Source: Oligoflexales bacterium (lineage in GTDB: Bacteria > Bdellovibrionota_B > Oligoflexia > Oligoflexales > RGVZ01). From it: a DNA stretch of 64,000 bases. Numbering within the stretch: the stretch's first letter is position 1; every line of letters begins with the position of its first letter. Both the position numbers and the translations under genes were made by a program. The stretch spans positions 13,961 to 77,960 of the forward strand of contig CANILH010000003.1 of NCBI GenBank assembly GCA_947468665.1. Direction: 5' to 3'. The notes beneath the pieces were generated by a model. The model was not told the DNA's origin and ran no database searches. It saw only the letters and a list, made by a program, of their open reading frames with translations. This document shows, one piece after another, positions 36,327 to 44,708 of the stretch.

Positions 36327-37763
36327 ACCAGGGTTTTGATTGTCCAAAACGACTTCAACGGACTGACCAGCCGGGACAAGTACGGTGTCTTTATAAACCC
36401 AATTTGACTCTGGTTTGTCATTGCGCGAGAGCACGACGAACCGCTGCCCATGAAAATGCATCGGGTGCTGCATGGGATGATGCTTGCCGTCATTAACGAT
36501 CCGGATTTTGACCGGCTTATTGCGGGTGAAAATCCAATTGATGTCCATATTCTCTTTACCGGTGTCGGCGTCAATGACGCGCCACGAGACGTCCTTATCA
36601 GTCATATCCTCACTCATACCTGGCATGGGGTCTTCCCATTCGATGCCATCAGAGCCCATTGACCCGCTCATGACGTGATCGGCGTGTTGACCTCTGAGGG
36701 TCGCGTCAATTTTCATCGTATAATCGGGTTTAGCGTCGCGCAGTGCGAGTAATGGCTTGATCTCAGCCATAATCGCGGGTCGCTCCATCAGGGAATTAAA
36801 CGGAGGGTGAGGACTTGCCAGACGTGACTTCGCTCCGACAGTCACGCGCCCAAGGATTTGTTTTACTTTAGGGCCAATATTCTCAAGCCTTGAGACACCC
36901 TTTTCCTTAAACAGAACGTCCACCACGGCACGCTCACTGGGGGCAAGGACAATCTCATCAACAAGTGAGTCCTTCGTATAAAGCCCTCCGTCCGCGCCAA
37001 CCAGCTTCATCTGAGTGCCCGTGAAGCGTAGCTTAAATGGCCGGGCATTGGCCGTATTCGTAAGCCAAAATCTTATGACGTCATCCTGCCGGGCTTTGGT
37101 CGTCCACGCGGCCTTGTTATTGACAAGATTAATTGAGCCATAACGCCCCATAAGAGCATAAGATAACGTGCCCTCCTTAAATCCCGGCAGTTTGCCATCC
37201 TCAACAAGAAGATCATCGATAACAAGAACCTCCTCACGGTCAACTTTAGGGAGTTGTGAAAGATCGCTGTCAACAACCCAGTAGTTACCCTGCAAACCCA
37301 TTTCCTGACCGTACTCGTCGCTCATGTGCGGGTGGTACCAAAAAAGCCCCGCGTCCGGAAACTTGAGGTCATAGACATGAGAGGCGCCATCAAGAATTGG
37401 CTCCTGACCAATGCCAACAACCCCGTCATTTTTGTCGTCAACCCGTAAACCATGGGAGTGTAGTGACGTGGGCTCACCAGTTTTATTTATCAATTTTAAT
37501 TTTATTTTCGCCCCTTTGGGCGCGACAATCATGGGTCCGGGAATCATGCCGTTATAAGCTAGTCTGGTGATCCAGCGCTTACCGATTTTATCCCGTACAA
37601 AACCCTCCGTAAGGTCAATAGAGTCACCGTCCTTGACGCGGATAATCTCTGATGCCACTGCGGTGGGAAGCCCCGATGGCGGGGGGATTTTCCGCGCTCC
37701 TGCCGCGAATGCCGCCGGAGTCAAAAACACAGAAATGGCCAGAAAAACCCGTGGCAGGGGCAT
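36255..37763 (-). CDS. multicopper oxidase (CueO/CopA-like)
   Basis: Copper-ligand motifs HSHGLRV, WYHPH, HPMHFHGQ and HCHISEHLGTGMM. Signal peptide from the Met at 37763 (MPLPRVFLAISVFLTPAAFAAG), preferred to the ORF-track start at 37817. Confidence 0.9.
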   Translation of the reverse strand: MPLPRVFLAISVFLTPAAFAAGARKIPPPSGLPTAVASEIIRVKDGDSIDLTEGFVRDKIGKRWITRLAYNGMIPGPMIVAPKGAKIKLKLINKTGEPTSLHSHGLRVDDKNDGVVGIGQEPILDGASHVYDLKFPDAGLFWYHPHMSDEYGQEMGLQGNYWVVDSDLSQLPKVDREEVLVIDDLLVEDGKLPGFKEGTLSYALMGRYGSINLVNNKAAWTTKARQDDVIRFWLTNTANARPFKLRFTGTQMKLVGADGGLYTKDSLVDEIVLAPSERAVVDVLFKEKGVSRLENIGPKVKQILGRVTVGAKSRLASPHPPFNSLMERPAIMAEIKPLLALRDAKPDYTMKIDATLRGQHADHVMSGSMGSDGIEWEDPMPGMSEDMTDKDVSWRVIDADTGKENMDINWIFTRNKPVKIRIVNDGKHHPMQHPMHFHGQRFVVLSRNDKPESNWVYKDTVLVPAGQSVEVVLDNQNPGRWMGHCHISEHLGTGMMFGFEVR

Positions 37764-37999
37764 GGCGCAAGAACCCGGACGAATCCGCAAAATATTATTA
37801 TTTACCAATAATTTCATGATGTAACCTCATTCATTCCGCTTATAAACTAAAATCACTCGACAGACTGCCTTGAAGTTTGGCACAAAGGTGGCAGTTCTGG
37901 CCACAATGAAACATCGCCGGAGGTCGAGGATCAAGTATGTCGGTAGTCGGTCAAACAGAAAGCTCACAGCGTGGTGACGGGCTATTCGCCTGGCACGTG

Positions 38000-38371
38000 A
38001 TGTCCCATGACGTTGATGTAGCCGTCGTTCCGGAGTACCTGCCGGAGCGGTCGAGTCCGGAGCGCAATTTTTACTCGTATGCGTATTATGTGACGGTGAC
38101 AAATTTCGGCACTGAACCTATTCAATTGAACAGGCGACATTGGATTATTACTGACGGAAACGGTTTCGTTGAGAACATCGAGGGCGAGGGAGTCGTGGGC
38201 GAGCAACCTTGGATAGCCCCAGGGGCGACTTACGGATACGAGAGCGGCTGCCCGCTGCGCACTCCAACTGGAAACATGCGGGGTTGGTATCACTTCCAAA
38301 CAAAAAGCGGCATCCATTTCAAATCACGGATACCGCTATTTTTTCTACGCACAAACAGTTTGCGCCACTGA
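38000..38371 (+). CDS. apaG: ApaG (DUF525) protein
   Basis: 123 aa from the ATG at 38000. Colinear with ApaG: YSYAYYVTVTNFGTEPIQLNRRHWIITDGNG...GEGVVGEQPWIAPGATYGYESG...PTGNMRGWY. Confidence 0.85.
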   Translation: MSHDVDVAVVPEYLPERSSPERNFYSYAYYVTVTNFGTEPIQLNRRHWIITDGNGFVENIEGEGVVGEQPWIAPGATYGYESGCPLRTPTGNMRGWYHFQTKSGIHFKSRIPLFFLRTNSLRH

Positions 38372-38389
38372 TGATTTTCTGGTGTTTTT

Positions 38390-38890
38390 TTAGCGGCCTT
38401 TGCCGTTCTCGATAAGTTCGCGGCGGTAAAAAGGCTTACCGTTGATGGCGAGTGACACATAAAAGCCATCCAGATCATACCCAAGCTGGGAGATCATGGC
38501 GCGCAACTGCGGCCAAAGTGCATCCTCTGAAATGCCAAGCTTATTTGGAGCGTGCGGGGCGATATATCCAACAACGGCCGTAGCCGGCTGAAACTGACCC
38601 GGAATCATTATAAATGAAATCTCACCAACGGGATCCCGCAGTACCTGTCCGTCACTGAGAACACCGCGTACGGTCCATACTTCAGCCTGCTCAGAGATCA
38701 CCATGCGATCACCGAGTCCAACAACGATAATCTCACCAGTGGTAGTTTCACCGGTCGTAGGCTCAGAAGACGCGCCCTTAACCGCCTTAAGGTGGCGGGC
38801 TCGGCTTGTAATTGATCGTTCCGTAAACATCAACAGTATCCAATCCCCTGTGCGACAGCGTTTGCAGGTATTTTGTCTGGGGGCGAACAA
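38390..38890 (-). CDS. hypothetical protein
   Basis: 166-aa ORF, possibly starting at the Met at 38830. No recognisable motif. Convergent with apaG. Confidence 0.4.
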   Translation of the reverse strand: MFAPRQNTCKRCRTGDWILLMFTERSITSRARHLKAVKGASSEPTTGETTTGEIIVVGLGDRMVISEQAEVWTVRGVLSDGQVLRDPVGEISFIMIPGQFQPATAVVGYIAPHAPNKLGISEDALWPQLRAMISQLGYDLDGFYVSLAINGKPFYRRELIENGKGR

Positions 38891-38994
38891 ACCGCATATG
38901 GCGGGTGCCTGTCAAGCAAAAGCAACACTCTGTCTGCTGAGAGCGCCTATAACGCGTCTGGGGACAAAATAAGGCAAAAAAATATGATTAAAAA

Positions 38995-39966
38995 TTAGTC
39001 TTTAACATAAAGAAGGCCGCGCTTACCACGCTGGGGCCTACTATGCTTTACCAATGATTTCTTGGGATTAGTCGCACGATTGGCCGCGAATTTTGTGGAG
39101 TGCTTTCCGTGCTGCTTTGCATGCTGCTTTGCAGGCAAGCCTGCCATGGCGACAGAGACTGGCGCGACTGGTCTGACTTGTGCCACGGTCTTGTGTCGCA
39201 GGTAAATTTCTGGATCCACGGGTTTGTTATCAGTGTTGCGTATTTCAAAATGAAGATGCGCGCCCCGCGCGTTTCCAGTCCGACCCACCTTAGCAATAAA
39301 GTCTCCCTGATGGACCTTGTCATGCCGCTTGGCGATTAGTTTGCTTGCATGGGCATAAAGGGTCATAAATTGACCGTGATCAACCACGACGGTATTCCCA
39401 TACCCATGCTGCCGTCCGGAAAAAATAACCTCACCATCCCCTGACGCGATAATAGGTGTACCGACATTCGCGATAATATCGATTCCCTTATGCTGACGGC
39501 GGCCACGTTTTCCAAAGTGGCTGGAGATGCCTCCTTCAACCGGATAAATTAGCTCGGTAGGTTCTGATGGGCGTGAACCATAAAGAAGGCCTTTTTTACG
39601 GGAGGATAAAAACTCACTGTCCTCATCATCACCCTGATCGTCAGAAGCGGTCTCTTCGGCGGTCTCACGATGTATTAAATTAGCCGCGCCAGGCCCAAAT
39701 TTTACTGTTAACTCCTGGCCAATATGGATGCGATTGTCGACCAATTGATCACGATTAAGAGCGGCGATCGATGTCCAGTCAGTGTCGTATTTTTTGGCAA
39801 GAGAATTCAGTGTGTCGTCTTTTTTTACTACGATAATTACTGTATTCCCGCGGGAACCTATCGTTGCGCAACCGGAGCCCGCAATAAGAGCTAAAACCAG
39901 AGCCAGTCCTGTCTGTCGTACCATACCGAGCATCTCCCTTCTCACCGTCAGGAGCCGGAGTACCAA
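38995..39966 (-). CDS. LysM + M23 peptidase lipoprotein (NlpD-like murein endopeptidase/activator)
   Basis: Lipobox LIAGSGC. LysM block VVKKDDTLNSLAKKYDTDWTSIAALN. M23 motifs HKGIDI, GDGEVIFSG, GYGNTVVVDHG, TLYAHAS and GRTGNARGAHLHFEI. Directly downstream of surE, as in many proteobacteria. Confidence 0.85.
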   Translation of the reverse strand: MVLRLLTVRREMLGMVRQTGLALVLALIAGSGCATIGSRGNTVIIVVKKDDTLNSLAKKYDTDWTSIAALNRDQLVDNRIHIGQELTVKFGPGAANLIHRETAEETASDDQGDDEDSEFLSSRKKGLLYGSRPSEPTELIYPVEGGISSHFGKRGRRQHKGIDIIANVGTPIIASGDGEVIFSGRQHGYGNTVVVDHGQFMTLYAHASKLIAKRHDKVHQGDFIAKVGRTGNARGAHLHFEIRNTDNKPVDPEIYLRHKTVAQVRPVAPVSVAMAGLPAKQHAKQHGKHSTKFAANRATNPKKSLVKHSRPQRGKRGLLYVKD

Positions 39967-40776
39967 TCATGAGCCCTTGAAGGCCTGATCAAATACTCCC
40001 GCAAGTTTAGTCTCGAACAGCGCATTACCCTGTTCGTCCAAAAAGCTGGGGCGCAAGACCGACATGGTCACAAACCCCTGATCAATCATGACGCAGTCGG
40101 AGTTGGGGATGTCCTCGAACATCTCGCCTCCAGCGCCGATCCAATAGTAGGCCCGGCCTCGAGGGTCTGTACCCTCCTGCATCTCATCCTCGTAGATACG
40201 CCTGCCAAGCGAAGTGACCGCGATGCCCTTAAGCTTCTCAAACGGAAGATTCGGAACATTAACGTTCACAAGCGACGTACGGGTGACATCACCCAATACC
40301 TCTGGCCGCTCAAGCAGCATCCGCACCACCTTGGCCGCAGACTCATAGTGAAGATGGTCTTGCGCCTTACCGTACGTGGACACAGCGATGGACGGTATAT
40401 TATGAAGGGTTCCCTCCATAGCCGCCGCGACAGTCCCTGAGTAGATGGTATCTACACCTAGGTTAGCACCTCGGTTAATGCCGCTCAATACCCAAGTTGG
40501 CTTGCGATGAAGTAACTTACGGATCGCGAGCATCACGCAATCGGCGGGAGTCCCCTCAACCGCATAAATATTTGGCTCTATTTGTTCCATTCTCAAGGGC
40601 AGGTGAATTGAGATTGCATGACTTGTGGCCGAGCGTTCGACATGCGGCGCGACGATCACGACATCGCCTAGATCTTTCACCGCGGCTGCGAGCGCCCGCA
40701 AACCCGGGGCGTGAACACCATCGTCATTACTGATTAGAAATAATGGCTTTTGCGGCACTTGTTGGCTCCAGTCCAA
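39967..40776 (-). CDS. surE: 5'/3'-nucleotidase SurE
   Basis: 269 aa. Motifs FLISNDDGVHAPGLRAL, SGINRGANLG and YSGTVAAAMEG. Confidence 0.9.
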   Translation of the reverse strand: MDWSQQVPQKPLFLISNDDGVHAPGLRALAAAVKDLGDVVIVAPHVERSATSHAISIHLPLRMEQIEPNIYAVEGTPADCVMLAIRKLLHRKPTWVLSGINRGANLGVDTIYSGTVAAAMEGTLHNIPSIAVSTYGKAQDHLHYESAAKVVRMLLERPEVLGDVTRTSLVNVNVPNLPFEKLKGIAVTSLGRRIYEDEMQEGTDPRGRAYYWIGAGGEMFEDIPNSDCVMIDQGFVTMSVLRPSFLDEQGNALFETKLAGVFDQAFKGS

Positions 40777-40892
40777 AAATAAAGAACTGGTAAATTACTG
40801 GACGGTGGGCAAATTGGCAAGTAGCCCGGTAATGCTCTGAAGATTGCGTGACCACTTTGATTAAAAACAGCGCAGACCTGGCCAATTAACAG

Positions 40893-41174
40893 TCAAACAG
40901 AGCGAGATTGAATCGCGTTAGCGCAAGTTTCAAGCATTTTATCAGGCTCAGAGGGGCGCGTCATCGGCTGACGCGTCATCAGATGGCGTATCTCCCCGGT
41001 CGCCGTAAGTCCGTCCGTGACCGGCATCTGGAGATCCATAAAATCCGCCAAAAATATAGGTAGTACCCACTTTTGTGACCACAATGAATTCAATGAATGA
41101 TCATCGGAATTCTTGTCTATAGCAGTAGGGTTGGCAAGCAGCCTCTGCTCGGTGTTTTGCGAAGCACCAAGCAA
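40893..41174 (-). pseudogene. possible relic of a response-regulator receiver domain
   Basis: The ORF translation contains DFMDLQMPVTDGLTATGEIRHL, close to the receiver phospho-acceptor block D-x-x-MP-x-x-DG-x-x-A-x-x-x-IR. The DD-to-D spacing is too short, however, and the rest of the fold is missing. Sits in a 410-bp gap. Confidence 0.25.
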
Positions 41175-41186
41175 AGGCGACTTTGA

Positions 41187-43400
41187 TTATAGAGGGTTAA
41201 ATACGAACGGATAGTTAACTGTGACCGGCTGACCACCGCGAGGTTTCGGGAAGTCCCAGCGCTGAATATGCCCGGTGACACAGCCACGCATAACGGAGTC
41301 ATTTAATGTCGCCTCTGCTACGTTCACGCTTGAGACATTTCCTGACAGCGCCACCGTGAAGTTAACCGAGATTTTTCCGGAGGCACTTGGTGAACGTTGG
41401 AGAAGTTGCTCGTAACAGTGACGAATTTCGTTCAGGTGGGCACGAATCACGGCCATGATTTCCTGCGCGGTCAAACCACCGCTCACGCCCATATCTCCCG
41501 GAGGAATTGTCACGTTCGCGCGACCATGTCCTCCAGTGCCGCCTTTACCATTACCGGATCCTGATCCCGATCCGAATCCAGGACCACCACCGGATCCGCC
41601 AAAGCCGCCGCTTCCGCCCTGGCCTCCGCCCTCGCCACCAGATCCCGATCCGAAGTTATTCGCCGCGCCGCCTGCTCCCGCGAGCCCAAGGGACTTGCCG
41701 CCACCAGCGCCACCCATACCGTAAGTTTTAGCTCCGGAACCGGAGCCTCCGCCGGCACCGCCGCTCGCACTCTGGAAGTTTGTCTGAATCGCGCCTGGTC
41801 CTGTTTTGTTGAGTACCTTGCCAACCCCAAGTCCAAGCTTATCCAGATTCACACCGGAGGCCTTATTGTTATTGACACCTTCCACGCCCTGTACACTGGA
41901 ACTCTGATTACCTTTGATCGCACCGCCGGTCTGATTATTACCCGATCCCTTGGGGCCTCCAGCGGCTCCGAGTGGCTTGTTATTTTTCTCACCGGCATAT
42001 TTAAAGTCCGGTTTCTTGGCGCCTGTTGACTCCATTCCAGCCGTCGCTTTGCTTAGGCTCGAAAGATTGCTCTTCGGCTTGTCGGCTGGTTTTGATTCCT
42101 GAGGCTTCGCGGTCGGAGCTGGCGGAGTCGGTTTAGTCTGCATAGTTTGAGCCATTTGAGGCTTCTCAACCGGTTTCTCTACCGGCTTGGGCTGCTCAAC
42201 TTTCTCTTTCTCAACCGGCTTAGCTGGAGCGACTGGTTTTGGCTTAGGTGGTGGAGGTGGTTTTGGAGTCTTCGGAGGCTCTTTTTTCTCCTCAACTTTA
42301 ACCTCAGGTTTTTTTGGCTCAGGTTTTTTCTCCTCGGGTTTTTTCTGTTCCTGAGGTACTTCCGCATAAGCGAAAATTTCCTGCTCGTCTTCCTTATCCT
42401 TTGGTGGATTGGACATCCACAAAGCCGGAACAACAAGGAAATACAGGAACATCGCGGCCAATGTTATCCAGACAAGCACGGGGTCTTTTGGACCGCTGCG
42501 TTTGAGATCAATCTCTGGAGGCCGGACGAATAACAAGAAATAACGCACGCTGCCGAACTTAATGTGCGCAATGTCGCGACGATCCAGAGTGACGCTTCCC
42601 TCACCGTCAATTTTCTCGACCTTACCGCCACGACGCACGCGGGTATCCATTCCTTTGAGAAGCTTTAGTTTGTAACCACCGTTTGAGCTGAAACGAGCTA
42701 GCGTATGCTTGATGAAGTGCTCGTCACCCACTGATATAAAGTGCGCGTGCGGAGTCACACCGATCGTTACGTGATCGTAATCCTTAAATTGCGGATGGAA
42801 TAAATCCACATCAAGAACAGAATCACCCCAATAGGCGACGACCTCAAGAATGTCACCTGTCGGCCGCGCGTCGCGCGGTGAGAATAGAATATTTTTCTGG
42901 ACCCGACGCTCGGCTTCTTTTCCTGGCGTCTCCTGGCGAACTGTCGCTGAACCACCCGCCTTAGCGGCTGACGCGCTCTTGGCCGGTGCGTTTGATGATT
43001 CCGCGCGCATCGTTTCTGCCAAAGGTTTACCTGGGGACCAAGGAGGTGGTGCCTGAGTCGATGATCCGACAATTCCTGGCATTGGCGGCGGGGGGACAAA
43101 TTGCGCCTGCTCGGCGAACTCTACGATAACACTGCCCACCGAGATTTTATCACCGACTTTAAGCGGAGCCTCTACATCAATCAAAACTCCATTAACTTTG
43201 ACGCCCGTCTCACTTCCAACGTCAGTCACAACCCAGCGTCCAGTCTCAACCTCCTCAACAAGCGCGTGGATAGGATCCACGCCGGGCGCTCTCATGACAA
43301 CATGATTTGAGGGCAAAGTCCCGATCATCATACGAGACTGATCAATCGGAACTGTCCGGGGTAACTGCCCTGAAATCTGGAATCGCAACTCGAATGCCAT
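41187..43400 (-). CDS. FHA-domain / TM / Pro-Lys-rich / Gly-rich / TonB_C-like protein (GltG/PglI-like gliding motor component)
   Basis: 737 aa. Domain order:
- N-terminal FHA pattern: MMIGTLPSNHVVMRAPGVDPIHALVEEVETGRWVVTDVGSETGVKVNG.
- TM: VLVWITLAAMFLYFLVVPALW.
- TonB-like KPEPKKPEVKVEEKKEPPKTPKPPPPPKPKP.
- About 90 aa of G/S-rich sequence.
- C-terminal IRHCYEQLL...GKISVNFTV...GCV...WDFP domain, typical of the AgmX/PglI/TonB_C class. Confidence 0.7.
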   Translation of the reverse strand: MAFELRFQISGQLPRTVPIDQSRMMIGTLPSNHVVMRAPGVDPIHALVEEVETGRWVVTDVGSETGVKVNGVLIDVEAPLKVGDKISVGSVIVEFAEQAQFVPPPPMPGIVGSSTQAPPPWSPGKPLAETMRAESSNAPAKSASAAKAGGSATVRQETPGKEAERRVQKNILFSPRDARPTGDILEVVAYWGDSVLDVDLFHPQFKDYDHVTIGVTPHAHFISVGDEHFIKHTLARFSSNGGYKLKLLKGMDTRVRRGGKVEKIDGEGSVTLDRRDIAHIKFGSVRYFLLFVRPPEIDLKRSGPKDPVLVWITLAAMFLYFLVVPALWMSNPPKDKEDEQEIFAYAEVPQEQKKPEEKKPEPKKPEVKVEEKKEPPKTPKPPPPPKPKPVAPAKPVEKEKVEQPKPVEKPVEKPQMAQTMQTKPTPPAPTAKPQESKPADKPKSNLSSLSKATAGMESTGAKKPDFKYAGEKNNKPLGAAGGPKGSGNNQTGGAIKGNQSSSVQGVEGVNNNKASGVNLDKLGLGVGKVLNKTGPGAIQTNFQSASGGAGGGSGSGAKTYGMGGAGGGKSLGLAGAGGAANNFGSGSGGEGGGQGGSGGFGGSGGGPGFGSGSGSGNGKGGTGGHGRANVTIPPGDMGVSGGLTAQEIMAVIRAHLNEIRHCYEQLLQRSPSASGKISVNFTVALSGNVSSVNVAEATLNDSVMRGCVTGHIQRWDFPKPRGGQPVTVNYPFVFNPL

Positions 43401-43544
43401 ACGAAACCTTTACCACTGAAATTTCCCCGTGATTATCACGGAAAACGTCACACTCTCAAAAAACAAGTCCGCGAATAATATGAATGCGAAACTTTCCTTA
43501 TATTATCCCATAAGTTAGCCACACACCAAAGGAACACCACAATC

Positions 43545-44708
43545 TTATTGCGGATTCGCCTGGCCGGCCCCTGCTGCTTTCTGGTGGCCGGTAGCACCAG
43601 ACGGCTGCTGCACCCCACCAGAGGCCCCTGCGGGAGTTTGCTTCGCCTTTTCGGTCTCCGCCTTGGCCTTGCGATCTTCCGCCTCCTTAGACGCCTTCAT
43701 CTGAGAGGCTCGCGCCTCCTCGGAGTCTATCGCGCCAAGAAGCTTGCCGGACTTCTCGTCCCACACAGCTGCGCCACCCGCGACTGCCATGGCTTTGTTG
43801 AGATAGTCGCGCGCCTTCTTGTAGTCTTTCTTGCCTTGCCAGGCGTTGATCCCGCAGTTAATCAATGTCGGCTTATGTTTCGGGTGTTTGGACAGCACTT
43901 TGTCACAAATGCCCTCCGCTTTATCGACCTCACCCTCCAGACGAAGCACTGAGACCAATCCCGATTCCACATACCAGTCGTCTTGCATGCTACCGAGTGC
44001 TTTTTTGGCCGTCGCGGCGTCTCCACCCTGCAGCGCGAGAAAACCAATGTTCAACAGCGCGGGCTTGTAGTCAGAGCTTGCCGCCAGCGCCTCTTTGAAC
44101 ATGACTATTGCTTCCGGGATACGCTCCATACGGATTGCCATAACGCCCTTTGCGTTGATCGCCGACGCTTTAATACTGCCATTTTTCGACTTAATGAGTT
44201 TATCGAGCCAAAACTCCGCGAACGCGAGCCGACCGGACTGAACACCCGTCAGACCTAACTCAAGCTGCACCAACTCCGGAACCTCGTGATCCACGTTTTT
44301 TGCCATCTCCAAATCCGCTATCGCCTTGGCCTCAACCATCACCTCATTTGGAGACCGCCCAGCAAGCCGATTCGCGGAAATCACTGCCGCAAGTGTATTG
44401 ATGTCTTTTGATTTACCCCCGCCGTATTGCCCTGAGAAATCGGCCGCCCGGGCCTTATCAATTGCTTTTGATGTGAACCCATTATTGGAGAGACTTGTAA
44501 TCAGCACACGGCGATCCCCGGACATGGATGTCGATGCGGAGTCATCTTTCGCGTCAGGCGTCGCGCCACCCGCCGACGAGCTCACGGGATCACGTGCTTT
44601 TTTGGATGACTTACCGTCGCCACTACAGCCGTTCAGAAACAAGATGCCAGTCAGGGCACAAACCGAGCTCCGGATAAGGCCGCTTGTTAAAGTCATGTTC
44701 ATCATCAC
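43545..44708 (-). CDS. TPR-repeat lipoprotein
   Basis: 387 aa. Lipobox FLNGCSG. TPR-like A/L/Y periodicity, e.g. AKGVMAIRMERIPEAIVMFKEALAASSDYKPALLNIGFLAL. K/E/A-rich tail. 4-bp overlap with the upstream gene. Confidence 0.65.
   Translation of the reverse strand: MMMNMTLTSGLIRSSVCALTGILFLNGCSGDGKSSKKARDPVSSSAGGATPDAKDDSASTSMSGDRRVLITSLSNNGFTSKAIDKARAADFSGQYGGGKSKDINTLAAVISANRLAGRSPNEVMVEAKAIADLEMAKNVDHEVPELVQLELGLTGVQSGRLAFAEFWLDKLIKSKNGSIKASAINAKGVMAIRMERIPEAIVMFKEALAASSDYKPALLNIGFLALQGGDAATAKKALGSMQDDWYVESGLVSVLRLEGEVDKAEGICDKVLSKHPKHKPTLINCGINAWQGKKDYKKARDYLNKAMAVAGGAAVWDEKSGKLLGAIDSEEARASQMKASKEAEDRKAKAETEKAKQTPAGASGGVQQPSGATGHQKAAGAGQANPQ

Noticed and set aside
37827-38102. 91-aa minus-strand ORF between the oxidase gene and apaG
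   Set aside because: It overlaps the apaG 5' end on the other strand and has an Arg/His-rich composition with no motif.
41455-42533. Plus-strand ORFs encoding Pro/Asp-rich and Phe/Leu/Trp-rich peptides (41455-41724, 41507-41731, 42147-42533)
   Set aside because: They are antisense shadows of the Gly-rich and Lys/Pro-rich low-complexity segments of the FHA/TonB_C gene.
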